The position numbers and the translations under genes are program-made. Below the pieces are notes generated by a model that was given only the letters and a program-made list of their open reading frames with translations, made no database searches and had not been told where the DNA came from. This document shows positions 47,222 through 55,561 of a stretch of 61,978 bases of DNA, piece by piece. Origin of the DNA: a virus (lineage: Duplodnaviria; Caudoviricetes). Positions within the stretch are counted from its first letter, which is position 1, and each line of letters starts with the position of its first letter. The stretch covers positions 1-61,978 of IMG/VR virus record IMGVR_UViG_3300037042_000313, one strand, 5' to 3'.

Positions 47222-47914
47222 TCAGTTTATGTACATGGGCCTTGGGACAAACCGAACCGCTGCCTTATCCCGATCTTCAGCCGCAGCCAAGTCCCAAGCC
47301 TCATCATACTGGGCTTTAAGGACCGGAAGGCGCTCGGCACCAGATGCCAACTTACCCGCAAGGTAATAGGCCAACCCAGCAACCATGCACGGGATGAAGC
47401 GGAACGGCACATCCATCGTGTTCGTACCACCACCGGCGTCTTGGATTCGGCGAAGCCGCCAGTACACAAACGTGTAGTAGTTGCTTTGATTCGGAATCGG
47501 CCAAACAGTAACCGTAGGGATAGGGCTTTGCCGGTCAATGTAGACCTGAATCGGCCTAGCTTGGCTCAACTTGTTGGGGATCGTAGCGTATGTAGATACA
47601 GAGATACGAGTAATCGTCAAGTCGGCTTGGGTAGAGACGTTGCCCGGACTCGTACGAATCACGTGCTCCATCAGGTCTACCGTATCAGCCGGGAGATTGT
47701 AAGTCGCAGTACCTTGCACCAATGGAAAAGAGCCTTGCTCAACAGTCCAAAGGTTAATCCCACGATTAGCCCAATCAGCAAACATGAGATTAAGGCTGCG
47801 TCGAGCAGTCTTGAGGTCATAGCCCGTACGGAGTTCTGCACCACAACGCTCAAACGCCTCCTCGACAAGCTCTACAAGGTCAAGGTTAAACAGTGTGGTT
47901 CCGCTTGTGCTCAC
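47222..47914 (-). CDS. Head-tail connector-like protein (230 aa)
   Basis: EEAFERCG...ARRSLNL.F.DWANRG.NLW; VWP.P; GTG start overlapped by the HNH stop. Confidence 0.7.
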   Translation of the reverse strand: MSTSGTTLFNLDLVELVEEAFERCGAELRTGYDLKTARRSLNLMFADWANRGINLWTVEQGSFPLVQGTATYNLPADTVDLMEHVIRTSPGNVSTQADLTITRISVSTYATIPNKLSQARPIQVYIDRQSPIPTVTVWPIPNQSNYYTFVYWRLRRIQDAGGGTNTMDVPFRFIPCMVAGLAYYLAGKLASGAERLPVLKAQYDEAWDLAAAEDRDKAAVRFVPRPMYIN

Positions 47915-48429
47915 AATAGCTCCTTTAGACGCAAGCCAATTTTAACGAGTTCTTCAGAAGATGCGTCACTTTTGATCCGATTCGCCCGATGGCTAACTAC
48001 CCAAACATTGCCTTTAATATAGCCTAGTTTTGGGTTAATACGATCCAACGACGGATGAACATCGACAGACTCTGCATATGGGTCTAGCTTTACACCAAGT
48101 AAAGGGCAAAAATCTGGTACATAAATATCCTCTGCCGTAATAGAAAACTCCGTCCCAGTGCGCTTACACCTTTGCTTTGCCACGTTGTACAAGTACGCTG
48201 CGGGTCTACGTTTTCTGCGTGTTAACCAAGGCTTTGTCTTAGATGTTTGCTCATTACACTTCTTGCGGCGTTCAGCTTTTTCTGCTTCCGTAGCATTTAA
48301 CCATTTAATCTTATATTGCTCACGGTAATACTGCCTTGAACGCTCTTTAATACGCTCTTTATTTGCTTGGTAGTATTTAGCTAGATAAGCCTTTTTACTA
48401 CTAGCAGTGGCAGTAGATGGGGCCGTCAT
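47911..48429 (-). CDS. Free-standing HNH-type homing endonuclease
   Basis: CPLLG...PSLDRINP.LGY.KGNV.VVS.RAN.IK; AT-rich relative to flanks. Confidence 0.82.
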   Translation of the reverse strand: MTAPSTATASSKKAYLAKYYQANKERIKERSRQYYREQYKIKWLNATEAEKAERRKKCNEQTSKTKPWLTRRKRRPAAYLYNVAKQRCKRTGTEFSITAEDIYVPDFCPLLGVKLDPYAESVDVHPSLDRINPKLGYIKGNVWVVSHRANRIKSDASSEELVKIGLRLKELL

Positions 48430-48434
48430 TACTT

Positions 48435-48671
48435 TTACCTCTTAGCTGTCTTCAAGGATTGCTTGAAGGCTTTAGCCGTGGGCGCACCCGATTGACCAAC
48501 AGAGCGCATTTTCTCGCCAGACCCTTGAGCAATTCGCTTACGCTTCGCATGTATGTTGTCATACAAGCCCCCCTCTTTATACATGCCAACAGGGTAGTTG
48601 CCATCTCGCTTCTTGATAGTGCGTGGCAGCTTCTTAGGGTTAACAGCACCCATACCGCGAGATGGCATCAT
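48435..48671 (-). CDS. Small basic protein (78 aa)
   Basis: SRGMGA...YKEGGLY.NIHAKRKRI..GSGEKMR. Confidence 0.75.
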   Translation of the reverse strand: MMPSRGMGAVNPKKLPRTIKKRDGNYPVGMYKEGGLYDNIHAKRKRIAQGSGEKMRSVGQSGAPTAKAFKQSLKTAKR

Positions 48672-48673
48672 GA

Positions 48674-49432
48674 TTAGTACATCCTACCTTTAGTCTTACC
48701 CTTGGTGGCGATACCGTCGGCACGGCGCGAAGCGGAACCAATAGAACCGCCCTTACGGAACTCAATACCAACCTCGTCCTCATTACCCTTGGTACGTGAT
48801 GCTCTGGTAGGGGCTGGGGCTGCAGTGGTATTCTTTTCTACGTCTCTGACCGGAATGTTTCCGCGCCGTGGGTTGTTGTCAACCCCAGTCAAACGCTTTT
48901 CCGCTGCACTACCTGCACCAGACTTCAGCCGCTCTTCCGAGGCTTTGAACGTATCACGCTTGGCTGCGTTACTAGCAATATCTTTCTCGGCCTGAGCAGT
49001 AGCACGTGCCATACGAGTGGCGTTATCAGTATTACCCGCAACAAGTTTCGCTTCTTGACGGCCCTTGCTAGCAGCGTTAAGCAGCTTGCTGCCACCTTTG
49101 AGTACGCCATAACCAACACCCAGACCAGCAGCAATCTTACCGAGGTTGTCCGTAACATCCGAGCCGTACTTACGCGCCGCAGACTTCAGCGGGGTCTCGT
49201 AGGTATCCTGCTTATACCGGCCCGGACTAGGGACCGATGCGTCGGTTTTAGGGCTCTCGGCTTTCGACTCCGCAGCTTTGGGGGCTGGGGCTTCGGCTTT
49301 GGGGGCTGCCTTTGAAGAAGCTAACTCGGTGGTGTACTTCTTACCGTTATGGGTAAATGTATCCAGCCCAGAGTTCCTCGCCCTACGGAACGATTCCTTG
49401 AAGGAAATATCTTTGATTGGTTCGGAACTCAT
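48674..49432 (-). CDS. Basic low-complexity protein (252 aa)
   Basis: SFKESF..AR..G..TF..NGKKYTT N-terminus; FRKGG...RRADGIATKGKTKGRMY. Confidence 0.75.
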   Translation of the reverse strand: MSSEPIKDISFKESFRRARNSGLDTFTHNGKKYTTELASSKAAPKAEAPAPKAAESKAESPKTDASVPSPGRYKQDTYETPLKSAARKYGSDVTDNLGKIAAGLGVGYGVLKGGSKLLNAASKGRQEAKLVAGNTDNATRMARATAQAEKDIASNAAKRDTFKASEERLKSGAGSAAEKRLTGVDNNPRRGNIPVRDVEKNTTAAPAPTRASRTKGNEDEVGIEFRKGGSIGSASRRADGIATKGKTKGRMY

Positions 49433-49899
49433 ACCATTCTCCCACGAGTTTTACCACGTTGTTCGCAGCCACCGCCCCGAGCCATCTTCTTGATAGCCCC
49501 ACCCTTGGCTTTAGCGCCTTCAGGGTCCATAGGTACCTTCTTGTCCTTACCCATCTTATCGGCGGTAAAGATATTAGCGTCCCGTGGATCAGGTTTAGCT
49601 GGCTTTGACGCTGCTTCAGCAGCGAGTTCGGCTTTCGTCTTACCCTTAGAAGGCTCTTGAGTAAGCGGGGGGTTGATAGCCCCACCCTTAGCCATCTTGG
49701 TACAACCGCCCTTTTTCATAGCCTGTGGCTGCTGTGGAAGTCCGCCCAAAGGGGCTTGCCCCGGAGCTTGTCCACCTACGAACACGTTGGTGTTAGGCGG
49801 CGGAGTAGGAGTGCTTGGAGCACCGGCCAAACTTTGCGGGAATGGGTATGAGCCTTGGGTGGCAGGACCACCATCAGCGTAGCGTTTTGCTTTTTTCAT
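49429..49899 (-). CDS. Small basic xGG-repeat protein (156 aa)
   Basis: YADGG, MKKGG, MAKGG, AKGG, MARGG; ends RGKTRGRMV. Confidence 0.75.
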   Translation of the reverse strand: MKKAKRYADGGPATQGSYPFPQSLAGAPSTPTPPPNTNVFVGGQAPGQAPLGGLPQQPQAMKKGGCTKMAKGGAINPPLTQEPSKGKTKAELAAEAASKPAKPDPRDANIFTADKMGKDKKVPMDPEGAKAKGGAIKKMARGGGCEQRGKTRGRMV

Positions 49900-49913
49900 G
49901 GTGGTCCTCTATC

Positions 49914-50345
49914 TCAACGCTTCATTTTGATCTGCGTAGCTTGGGTCTTACCCTTCTTGGCGATGCCATCGGCAGCACGGGTGAAACCACCCTTAGCCAT
50001 CTTGGTGCAGCCGCCCTTCTTCATGGCCTCTTCCTTCTCGTGCTTAATCATAGAAGCAGGAGCGCCCTTCTTTTTCATGAAGGAGATTTCCTTTTTGACC
50101 ATTGCTTTAGATTCTTTCATATCACCGCCTTTTGCAAAGAGTTCAGATTTACCCTGCCGAGTATTAGGTTTGTTAACCTTTTGGAGGTCGGCACGAGCAG
50201 GTTTAACCGCACCGAACTTCATCTTCTTGTCTGCGGCAACGAAGTCTTTACCAACAGATTTAGGTACACCGGCCTTCTTAGCAAAAGCAGGGCTATGCGC
50301 TACTGCTGCCATGAAGTCGTGTTGCTTCTTTGATGTAGATGGCAT
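49914..50345 (-). CDS. Small basic xGG-repeat protein (~143 aa)
   Basis: MPSTSKKQH.FMAAVAH; FAKGG, MKKGG, MAKGG; RAADGIAKKGKT. Confidence 0.75.
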   Translation of the reverse strand: MPSTSKKQHDFMAAVAHSPAFAKKAGVPKSVGKDFVAADKKMKFGAVKPARADLQKVNKPNTRQGKSELFAKGGDMKESKAMVKKEISFMKKKGAPASMIKHEKEEAMKKGGCTKMAKGGFTRAADGIAKKGKTQATQIKMKR

Positions 50346-50521
50346 TACTTTCTCCCCATCCAACCCTGTACCGTATCGCTTTCCCAGATGCGGATACCAG
50401 TCCAAATGATCGTAAACAGTGCCGCAATAGCTGGCAGTACATCCACAAGAGCCCCTATTACGGTTACTACTGATACCGCGTCAAGGGTATGCTTAAACAG
50501 TTCTGAGTGTTCGTGATCCAT
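50345..50521 (-). CDS. Small membrane protein, holin-like (58 aa)
   Basis: Hydrophobic LPAIAALFTIIWTGIRIWES.TVQ. Confidence 0.6.
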   Translation of the reverse strand: MDHEHSELFKHTLDAVSVVTVIGALVDVLPAIAALFTIIWTGIRIWESDTVQGWMGRK

Positions 50522-50522
50522 T

Positions 50523-50777
50523 TTAGCACTTCCAAGCTCTGAGGCTTTTGTTGATACGGCTGTCTGGATCATTTGCGGTTTTGGCACTTGTCAGCTTCTT
50601 CTTCATGCCCGACATTCGGGCGCAGAATGAATCCTTGCGTGAACCGCCTTCAGGCTGCGGAGCCTTGAGCCCCGGCTTGCCCGGATTGGCTTTGTTGTAA
50701 GAGGCGCGGCCTTTGGCGTTCAATCCGCCAGCCTCCGCTTTGCCTTCCTTACGAGTCCAAGCCGGTGACTTAGCCAT
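50523..50777 (-). CDS. Conserved basic phage protein (DUF6321-like)
   Basis: GGLNAKGRASY...LKAP...RKDSFCARM...SR...SLRAWKC; family name from recall. Confidence 0.7.
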   Translation of the reverse strand: MAKSPAWTRKEGKAEAGGLNAKGRASYNKANPGKPGLKAPQPEGGSRKDSFCARMSGMKKKLTSAKTANDPDSRINKSLRAWKC

Positions 50778-50779
50778 GA

Positions 50780-51076
50780 TTATGCCCAAACACGCGCTGG
50801 TGTGGCGACTTGAATCGCATAGGAATCCAACTCTGGTGCTTCTGCGTCATGGCGCACATTAACGTGGTAGCCAGTCACCGCAGCCATCTCAGGAGTCCGA
50901 ACGTCATCTATGGTGGTAATGTTACCAGTCGGCTTGTAGATTGTACCGATGACATCAATGGCCGTGTACTTCGGTCGCATCACAACTTCCGATACGCCGT
51001 CAACAAGGATCGTGTCTTTAGCAAACAGAACGGCATCAGCCGCCTTCTGGCTAGTGAACTTGAGGAAGTAGTCCAT
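50780..51076 (-). CDS. Fibre-associated small protein (98 aa)
   Basis: IDVIGTIYKPTG...GYHVNVR...TP.RVWA; follows the head-fibre gene. Confidence 0.65.
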   Translation of the reverse strand: MDYFLKFTSQKAADAVLFAKDTILVDGVSEVVMRPKYTAIDVIGTIYKPTGNITTIDDVRTPEMAAVTGYHVNVRHDAEAPELDSYAIQVATPARVWA

Positions 51077-51080
51077 GTGT

Positions 51081-52316
51081 TTAGGCCGTGATGGATTGAA
51101 GTTCGGTGTCGCTCAGGCGGCGGGGGTAGTAGGTGATGGAACTAATTGCGCCATTCCAAGGAGTTCCTCCGTCATATCTAGCGCCAATGGCAAGTTTTGT
51201 TACCGTTGGCACTCCGGCAGTGCTAGTAGCCACAGTGTCCAATACCCCATTAAATGCTATCTTATTGTCGGAGGACTTATACGCAAGCGCGGCTTTACCA
51301 ATGGTATCAATAGCCCACGGCGTTGTTACCGATCCGGTATATACAGCAGTGCCAACCGTTACCACCCCATTCACAAAACTCGTTCCAGACGTTTTAACTA
51401 TTTGCGCTCTTTGTGCAAACGTCCCATCATCAAACGCCACAAGAATCTTTATGGTAGAAGTTACCGGTGAGTATGGAACGGCAACAGCCATCAACGTCCC
51501 CTCAGTCGCGTTGTACCAAGGCGTTAGGGTGGTGACAGATGCAAAATCTTGTGCGCGGGTTGCTTCTGCTGCGACGGTAGGGATGTACGAGGTGGCAAAT
51601 GCACCGACTTCGAGTTGAGCGCCCCAAACATGGACACCAGAGGTGCCGTCACCAGTGTAAGAAACCACATTGTCGCTTGGCGAAGGAATGAGCGTGTTAT
51701 TGACGGAACCAACACGGGCGCCAGAGATGCTGCACCTGTACCAACCATTGCCAACAGGCTGAATGATAGGCGAAGATGCTCCAGTTATGGTGCCAATCGT
51801 GCCAGAGCTTACGTTGAACCACACAAACAGTGTGTTACCAATTGACAGCCGCAGCCAGTCATACCCGCCAGCTTTCGCGTAAACTGAGTGCGTTTCTGTT
51901 GTGGATACTGTTCCAGCAGAACGGATGACGTAGTGGTTTCCAGCAGCGGTATCTGGAATAATCGTATCGGCTGTCAGTGTTCCATCGGGGGCAGCCACAG
52001 AATCTGCCGCGACTGTTACACCAATCTTGCCCCATATAGCATTCTCAAACTCTTGAGAATATGTAAATAGGTTCGTCCTAGCCTCCTCGATCAGCAACCC
52101 CTGTGGCTGTAGCGTCGATGGGTTGTAGTCGAGGCGGGGTACGTTTGTACCTGCCAACTGCAGGATTCCAGTCGAGTCGTAGTACGAACCCGAACTTGCT
52201 CTGGTGAAGGTGATACTCGGGTCGAGCGTGGTGCTCCCTGCAAACTGCAAGTTGAGCGAAGGCCCGCCCGCAGCGGACGAGGCCCGTGGGAACCCCATAC
52301 CAAACCCGAATGTCAT
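51081..52316 (-). CDS. Head fibre/spike protein with carbohydrate-binding/LamG-like domains
   Basis: TFTRAS...PRLDY...GLLIEEARTNL; GNGWYRC; WGAQLE.G.FATSYIPT; RLSDTELQ. Confidence 0.75.
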   Translation of the reverse strand: MTFGFGMGFPRASSAAGGPSLNLQFAGSTTLDPSITFTRASSGSYYDSTGILQLAGTNVPRLDYNPSTLQPQGLLIEEARTNLFTYSQEFENAIWGKIGVTVAADSVAAPDGTLTADTIIPDTAAGNHYVIRSAGTVSTTETHSVYAKAGGYDWLRLSIGNTLFVWFNVSSGTIGTITGASSPIIQPVGNGWYRCSISGARVGSVNNTLIPSPSDNVVSYTGDGTSGVHVWGAQLEVGAFATSYIPTVAAEATRAQDFASVTTLTPWYNATEGTLMAVAVPYSPVTSTIKILVAFDDGTFAQRAQIVKTSGTSFVNGVVTVGTAVYTGSVTTPWAIDTIGKAALAYKSSDNKIAFNGVLDTVATSTAGVPTVTKLAIGARYDGGTPWNGAISSITYYPRRLSDTELQSITA

Positions 52317-52570
52317 CAGAAAATCCTGACCATGTTCGTGGCGGTCGTCGTGCTTGCAAACACTTGAATCACCTGAACAGGAAGAACTGAACCAGCCAAC
52401 ACACCAACGAACGTGACATCGCTGCCCTGAACAGTCAGCACACGAACCGTACCGCCACCGCCCACAAAGACGATAGACCCCGTGGGGAATTTAACGGTAT
52501 CGCTCGTGGTTACAGCTTCCGCATCACCCGGATACATTGGAAATGTGGGCGAGTAATTAGTCTTTGCCAT
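52316..52570 (-). CDS. Head spike base-like protein (84 aa)
   Basis: AVTTSD...VFVGGGG.V.V...VTF.GV.AGSVLPVQV..V..T.TTA. Confidence 0.65.
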   Translation of the reverse strand: MAKTNYSPTFPMYPGDAEAVTTSDTVKFPTGSIVFVGGGGTVRVLTVQGSDVTFVGVLAGSVLPVQVIQVFASTTTATNMVRIF

Positions 52571-52612
52571 GAGGCACTCCTATGAAGAGGGGGCCGAAGC
52601 CCCCGAGACTAA

Positions 52613-53095
52613 TTAGGCGGAGACAGGATTAGAAACTGCCGTGGTGCCAACAACCTGCTTCTGAGCGTAGTTCACGGTCACAATGAACCGGCCAGCGCCC
52701 AAGGTGCCCGTACCGACGACATCACGAATATAGACGGTCGTGTCAGCAGTGGTGGAGGTTTGCCATGCAAGCTGCGTAGCAGCCGTGGTCGTGCCCGTGA
52801 AGCGGCCACCAGCGGTGGTAGCGACAGCAGCGGACAGTTGAGCGCCGCCAGAAGCGGTACCAACCGAAACGGTAGTCGTGCCCGTGGTTGCAGCAACCAC
52901 TTGGTCAATCACGATATTGATGATCTGTGCGCCAGCGGGAAGGATCATGGCGGCAACATCATAGTTACCAATGACCGCGCCGGTCAGATCACCAGAGTCA
53001 TAAGATTGGCTCAGAACCACAAGGCCAGCATTGCGACCGGGGTTGTTGAGTACAGTACCGACGCGCAGGGGGCCGGAGAATGAAGCGAACGACAT
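52613..53095 (-). CDS. Minor capsid/decoration protein (160 aa)
   Basis: FSGPLRVG N-terminus; LPAGAQI..I; directly downstream of the MCP. Confidence 0.65.
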   Translation of the reverse strand: MSFASFSGPLRVGTVLNNPGRNAGLVVLSQSYDSGDLTGAVIGNYDVAAMILPAGAQIINIVIDQVVAATTGTTTVSVGTASGGAQLSAAVATTAGGRFTGTTTAATQLAWQTSTTADTTVYIRDVVGTGTLGAGRFIVTVNYAQKQVVGTTAVSNPVSA

Positions 53096-53175
53096 GATGA
53101 GTCCTCAGTAGGGCTTGCTGTCTTGAGGAGTAGTCTGCCAAGTCAGTCAACAAGCCAAGTAGTCTTGGTACAGCA

Positions 53176-53204
53176 GTTGTACCACAAGCGAATCACTTGT
53201 GCAA
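53176..53204 (-). promoter_or_regulatory. Putative promoter downstream of the MCP terminator
   Basis: TTGCAC-17 bp-TACAAC with extended TGn. Confidence 0.45.
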
Positions 53205-53239
53205 ATAAAAAGGGGAAAAGGCTTGTGACCTTCTCCCCT
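53203..53239 (-). terminator. Rho-independent terminator after the major capsid gene
   Basis: AGGGGAGAAGG-loop-CCTTTTCCCCT then TTTTATTT on the - strand. Confidence 0.75.
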
Positions 53240-53272
53240 CCGACCGGGAACCCCCAATCCTATCTAACTATA

Positions 53273-54184
53273 TCAGGTCGAACCTGACGATCCCCACATA
53301 CCCAGAGGATCAGACCAGCCGAACGAATAACGCTCGCGGGCCTTGTAACGGACATTTCCGGTGTCGAAATCACCATCCATTGAGTTCTGCAGCGGCGTGC
53401 GAACGAAATGCTTCATGCCGTTAGGAACGTCGGTGGTCAGATACCAGCCGTTCGAGTCGGTCAAGAAGTTGTTAACGGTGTAGCCTTCAGGGACCGAACC
53501 GTTGTTCTTCAGAGCATTGATGTCGTTGTCGGTGGTGCCAACACGGAGGCTGGTTTCCAACAGACGGGTAGCAACGAACTGCAGAGCAGGGGGGACGATC
53601 ATCTTCTTAGGCTTAGCGGCGATCAGCAGACCACGCTCATCCGTCCAAGCGGCGATCTGAATGACGGCTGCTTCCAGCGACGTTTCGTTCAGGTCAACTT
53701 GGGTCGAAGGCGTGTTGCTGTTGGTACCACCGGACACCAGAGGGTGAGCAGCGCTGAACAGAGCAACACCGTCACCACCAGCATAAGCGCCGGAGAAACC
53801 GTTGTTCAGAACTGCGGCAGCCTTAACCTGCTTGGTGTAGGCCATAGCCCGTGCCAAAGACTTCGTGTAACGAGCCGAGAGGCTGTCATACAGATTGTCT
53901 TCAACAGCTTCTTCGGTAATCGAGAAGCCAAGAGCGATGGTTTCGTGCGTATAGCGGGTAGACCATGCTTCTTGCGCATTGTCGTAGGCGATAGCAGTAC
54001 CTTCGTTCTTCACTGGAGCAGCGGAGAAACCAGACAGCTTGGTTTCTTCTTCGAAGGAACGCTCAGAGGTTTCAGCCTCGTAGATTTCCTTGTGCTGCTC
54101 ACCGTAACGAGCGTACTCCATACCAAACAAGGCATTGAGGCCGGGGAGGAGTTCTTTAAGTAGTTGTGCGCGTGAAATAGCCAT
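53273..54184 (-). CDS. Major capsid protein
   Basis: MAISRAQLLKELLPGLNALFG.EY...K.EG.AI.YD...DFDTGNVRYKARERYSFG; strongly biased codons; position after scaffold. Confidence 0.9.
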   Translation of the reverse strand: MAISRAQLLKELLPGLNALFGMEYARYGEQHKEIYEAETSERSFEEETKLSGFSAAPVKNEGTAIAYDNAQEAWSTRYTHETIALGFSITEEAVEDNLYDSLSARYTKSLARAMAYTKQVKAAAVLNNGFSGAYAGGDGVALFSAAHPLVSGGTNSNTPSTQVDLNETSLEAAVIQIAAWTDERGLLIAAKPKKMIVPPALQFVATRLLETSLRVGTTDNDINALKNNGSVPEGYTVNNFLTDSNGWYLTTDVPNGMKHFVRTPLQNSMDGDFDTGNVRYKARERYSFGWSDPLGMWGSSGST

Positions 54185-54198
54185 GATTCAGCTCCTAG

Positions 54199-55068
54199 TT
54201 AAGCCACGCCCAAACCGGCGTAGTAAGCGTGTTGAGCAAAGTTCAGCTTAACCAGAACTTCCGTGTACTGCGTAATAACAATGGTAGACGACGCAGGGAT
54301 CGTGATAACCGAACCGGGAACCGCAACAGCAAGGTTCAAGAAGCCCGTTTGCGCGCCCGTGGTGCCAGCAGCGAAGTCCGATTGCACGTACGAACCGGTT
54401 TGGACCGTCTGGCCGTTAGCAGCAATGTATGCCACATCCGAACCAGCGAAAGCCTTACCAGTCAGCGGGCTAGTGAACGTCACAGTGGTCGTCGAAGAAC
54501 TACCAACACCCGTAACCGCGACCGCCGATTCCTCAACCACGTCAATGACGCGCAGGGGGAACGTAACCGTGGTAGCAGGAGCGCCAGCGCCAGTAACCGA
54601 AGCCACAGCGTTCAGCGAGTTGCCCGTAGACGTTTGACCCGACAGGTCCACGTTGTTAATACACTGCACGTTTTGGCCGATAAGAGCCTTACTAGCAGCG
54701 CCAATAACCGTCGTAGCCGAGCAAACAGCGGCCTTGAACACGGTATCAGGGTCTTCGCAGACGATTGCCACTGCATCACCAGCTTGCGTACCGCTAGGCC
54801 AGTATTGCGAGAAGGTAAGCTGCTTGGTCAGGGGGTTCGTGAACGAACAGCCCAAGAAGATACCAGCCGGGAAGATGGTCGAAGAACCAGCCGTCACAGC
54901 CAGACGGATGACGTTGCCGCGATTAAGCTGCACGAAGTCACCGAAGTAGATGTTACTTGCGTAACCATATTGGATCGGGTAGCTACGGGTCGCGCCCGAG
55001 AACACCTGACCACCGATCAAATTGATCGGCTTTAGCCCGTATGGGGCCGAAACAGTCGGATAAGCCAT
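54199..55068 (-). CDS. Capsid decoration/cement-like protein (289 aa)
   Basis: APYGLKP...IYFGD.V...GIFLGC.FT...DPD.VF; upstream of the MCP. Confidence 0.65.
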   Translation of the reverse strand: MAYPTVSAPYGLKPINLIGGQVFSGATRSYPIQYGYASNIYFGDFVQLNRGNVIRLAVTAGSSTIFPAGIFLGCSFTNPLTKQLTFSQYWPSGTQAGDAVAIVCEDPDTVFKAAVCSATTVIGAASKALIGQNVQCINNVDLSGQTSTGNSLNAVASVTGAGAPATTVTFPLRVIDVVEESAVAVTGVGSSSTTTVTFTSPLTGKAFAGSDVAYIAANGQTVQTGSYVQSDFAAGTTGAQTGFLNLAVAVPGSVITIPASSTIVITQYTEVLVKLNFAQHAYYAGLGVA

Positions 55069-55081
55069 GAAAGACTCCTAT

Positions 55082-55561
55082 TTATGAACCAGAACCGAAA
55101 GTGACCTTGGTCTTCTTATCAGAGAAAAGAGGCATCCGAGGATCACTATCACGAAGAAAGTTGTTGTCCACCGATTCCATCTGAGCCTTGTTCTGGTTGG
55201 AATAGTAATCCATCCGTTGTTTCAGGAACTCTTCTGGGATACGGCAAAGCAACAGTCCGCCCACTTCTACGTTTCCTTTGAAACGCCCTTCAGTGGTAGC
55301 GTGCATCATCAACTCAGGGTAGTCCTCTGCTTTGCAGGGTTCATACCCTTCACGTAACTTAGAAGAAATGTTCGATGGATCAGCGACACCCATAGTGGAA
55401 GTACGTACCCACCGATGTTTCCATCCCGGACGTTCATCCGGGCTAGGAAGCGTTTCAGGTGGACGCCATGCTTGTGGGCGTTGAGCCACAACACGGGATT
55501 CCAACTCACGAGCCATACGGTTTTGGGCCTTTTCAGGCGCGATGGGCTGATTCATATTCAT
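55082..55561 (-). CDS. Conserved head-module protein (159 aa)
   Basis: W.PP..LP.P...G..HRWVR...REGYEP...GGLLLC.IP. Confidence 0.7.
   Translation of the reverse strand: MNMNQPIAPEKAQNRMARELESRVVAQRPQAWRPPETLPSPDERPGWKHRWVRTSTMGVADPSNISSKLREGYEPCKAEDYPELMMHATTEGRFKGNVEVGGLLLCRIPEEFLKQRMDYYSNQNKAQMESVDNNFLRDSDPRMPLFSDKKTKVTFGSGS

Noticed and set aside
52589-52604. Terminator after the 160-aa gene (GGGGGC-TTCG-GCCCCC on - strand)
   Set aside because: The hairpin is real but the U tract is weak (TCTTC) and runs into the next SD; not called as a terminator
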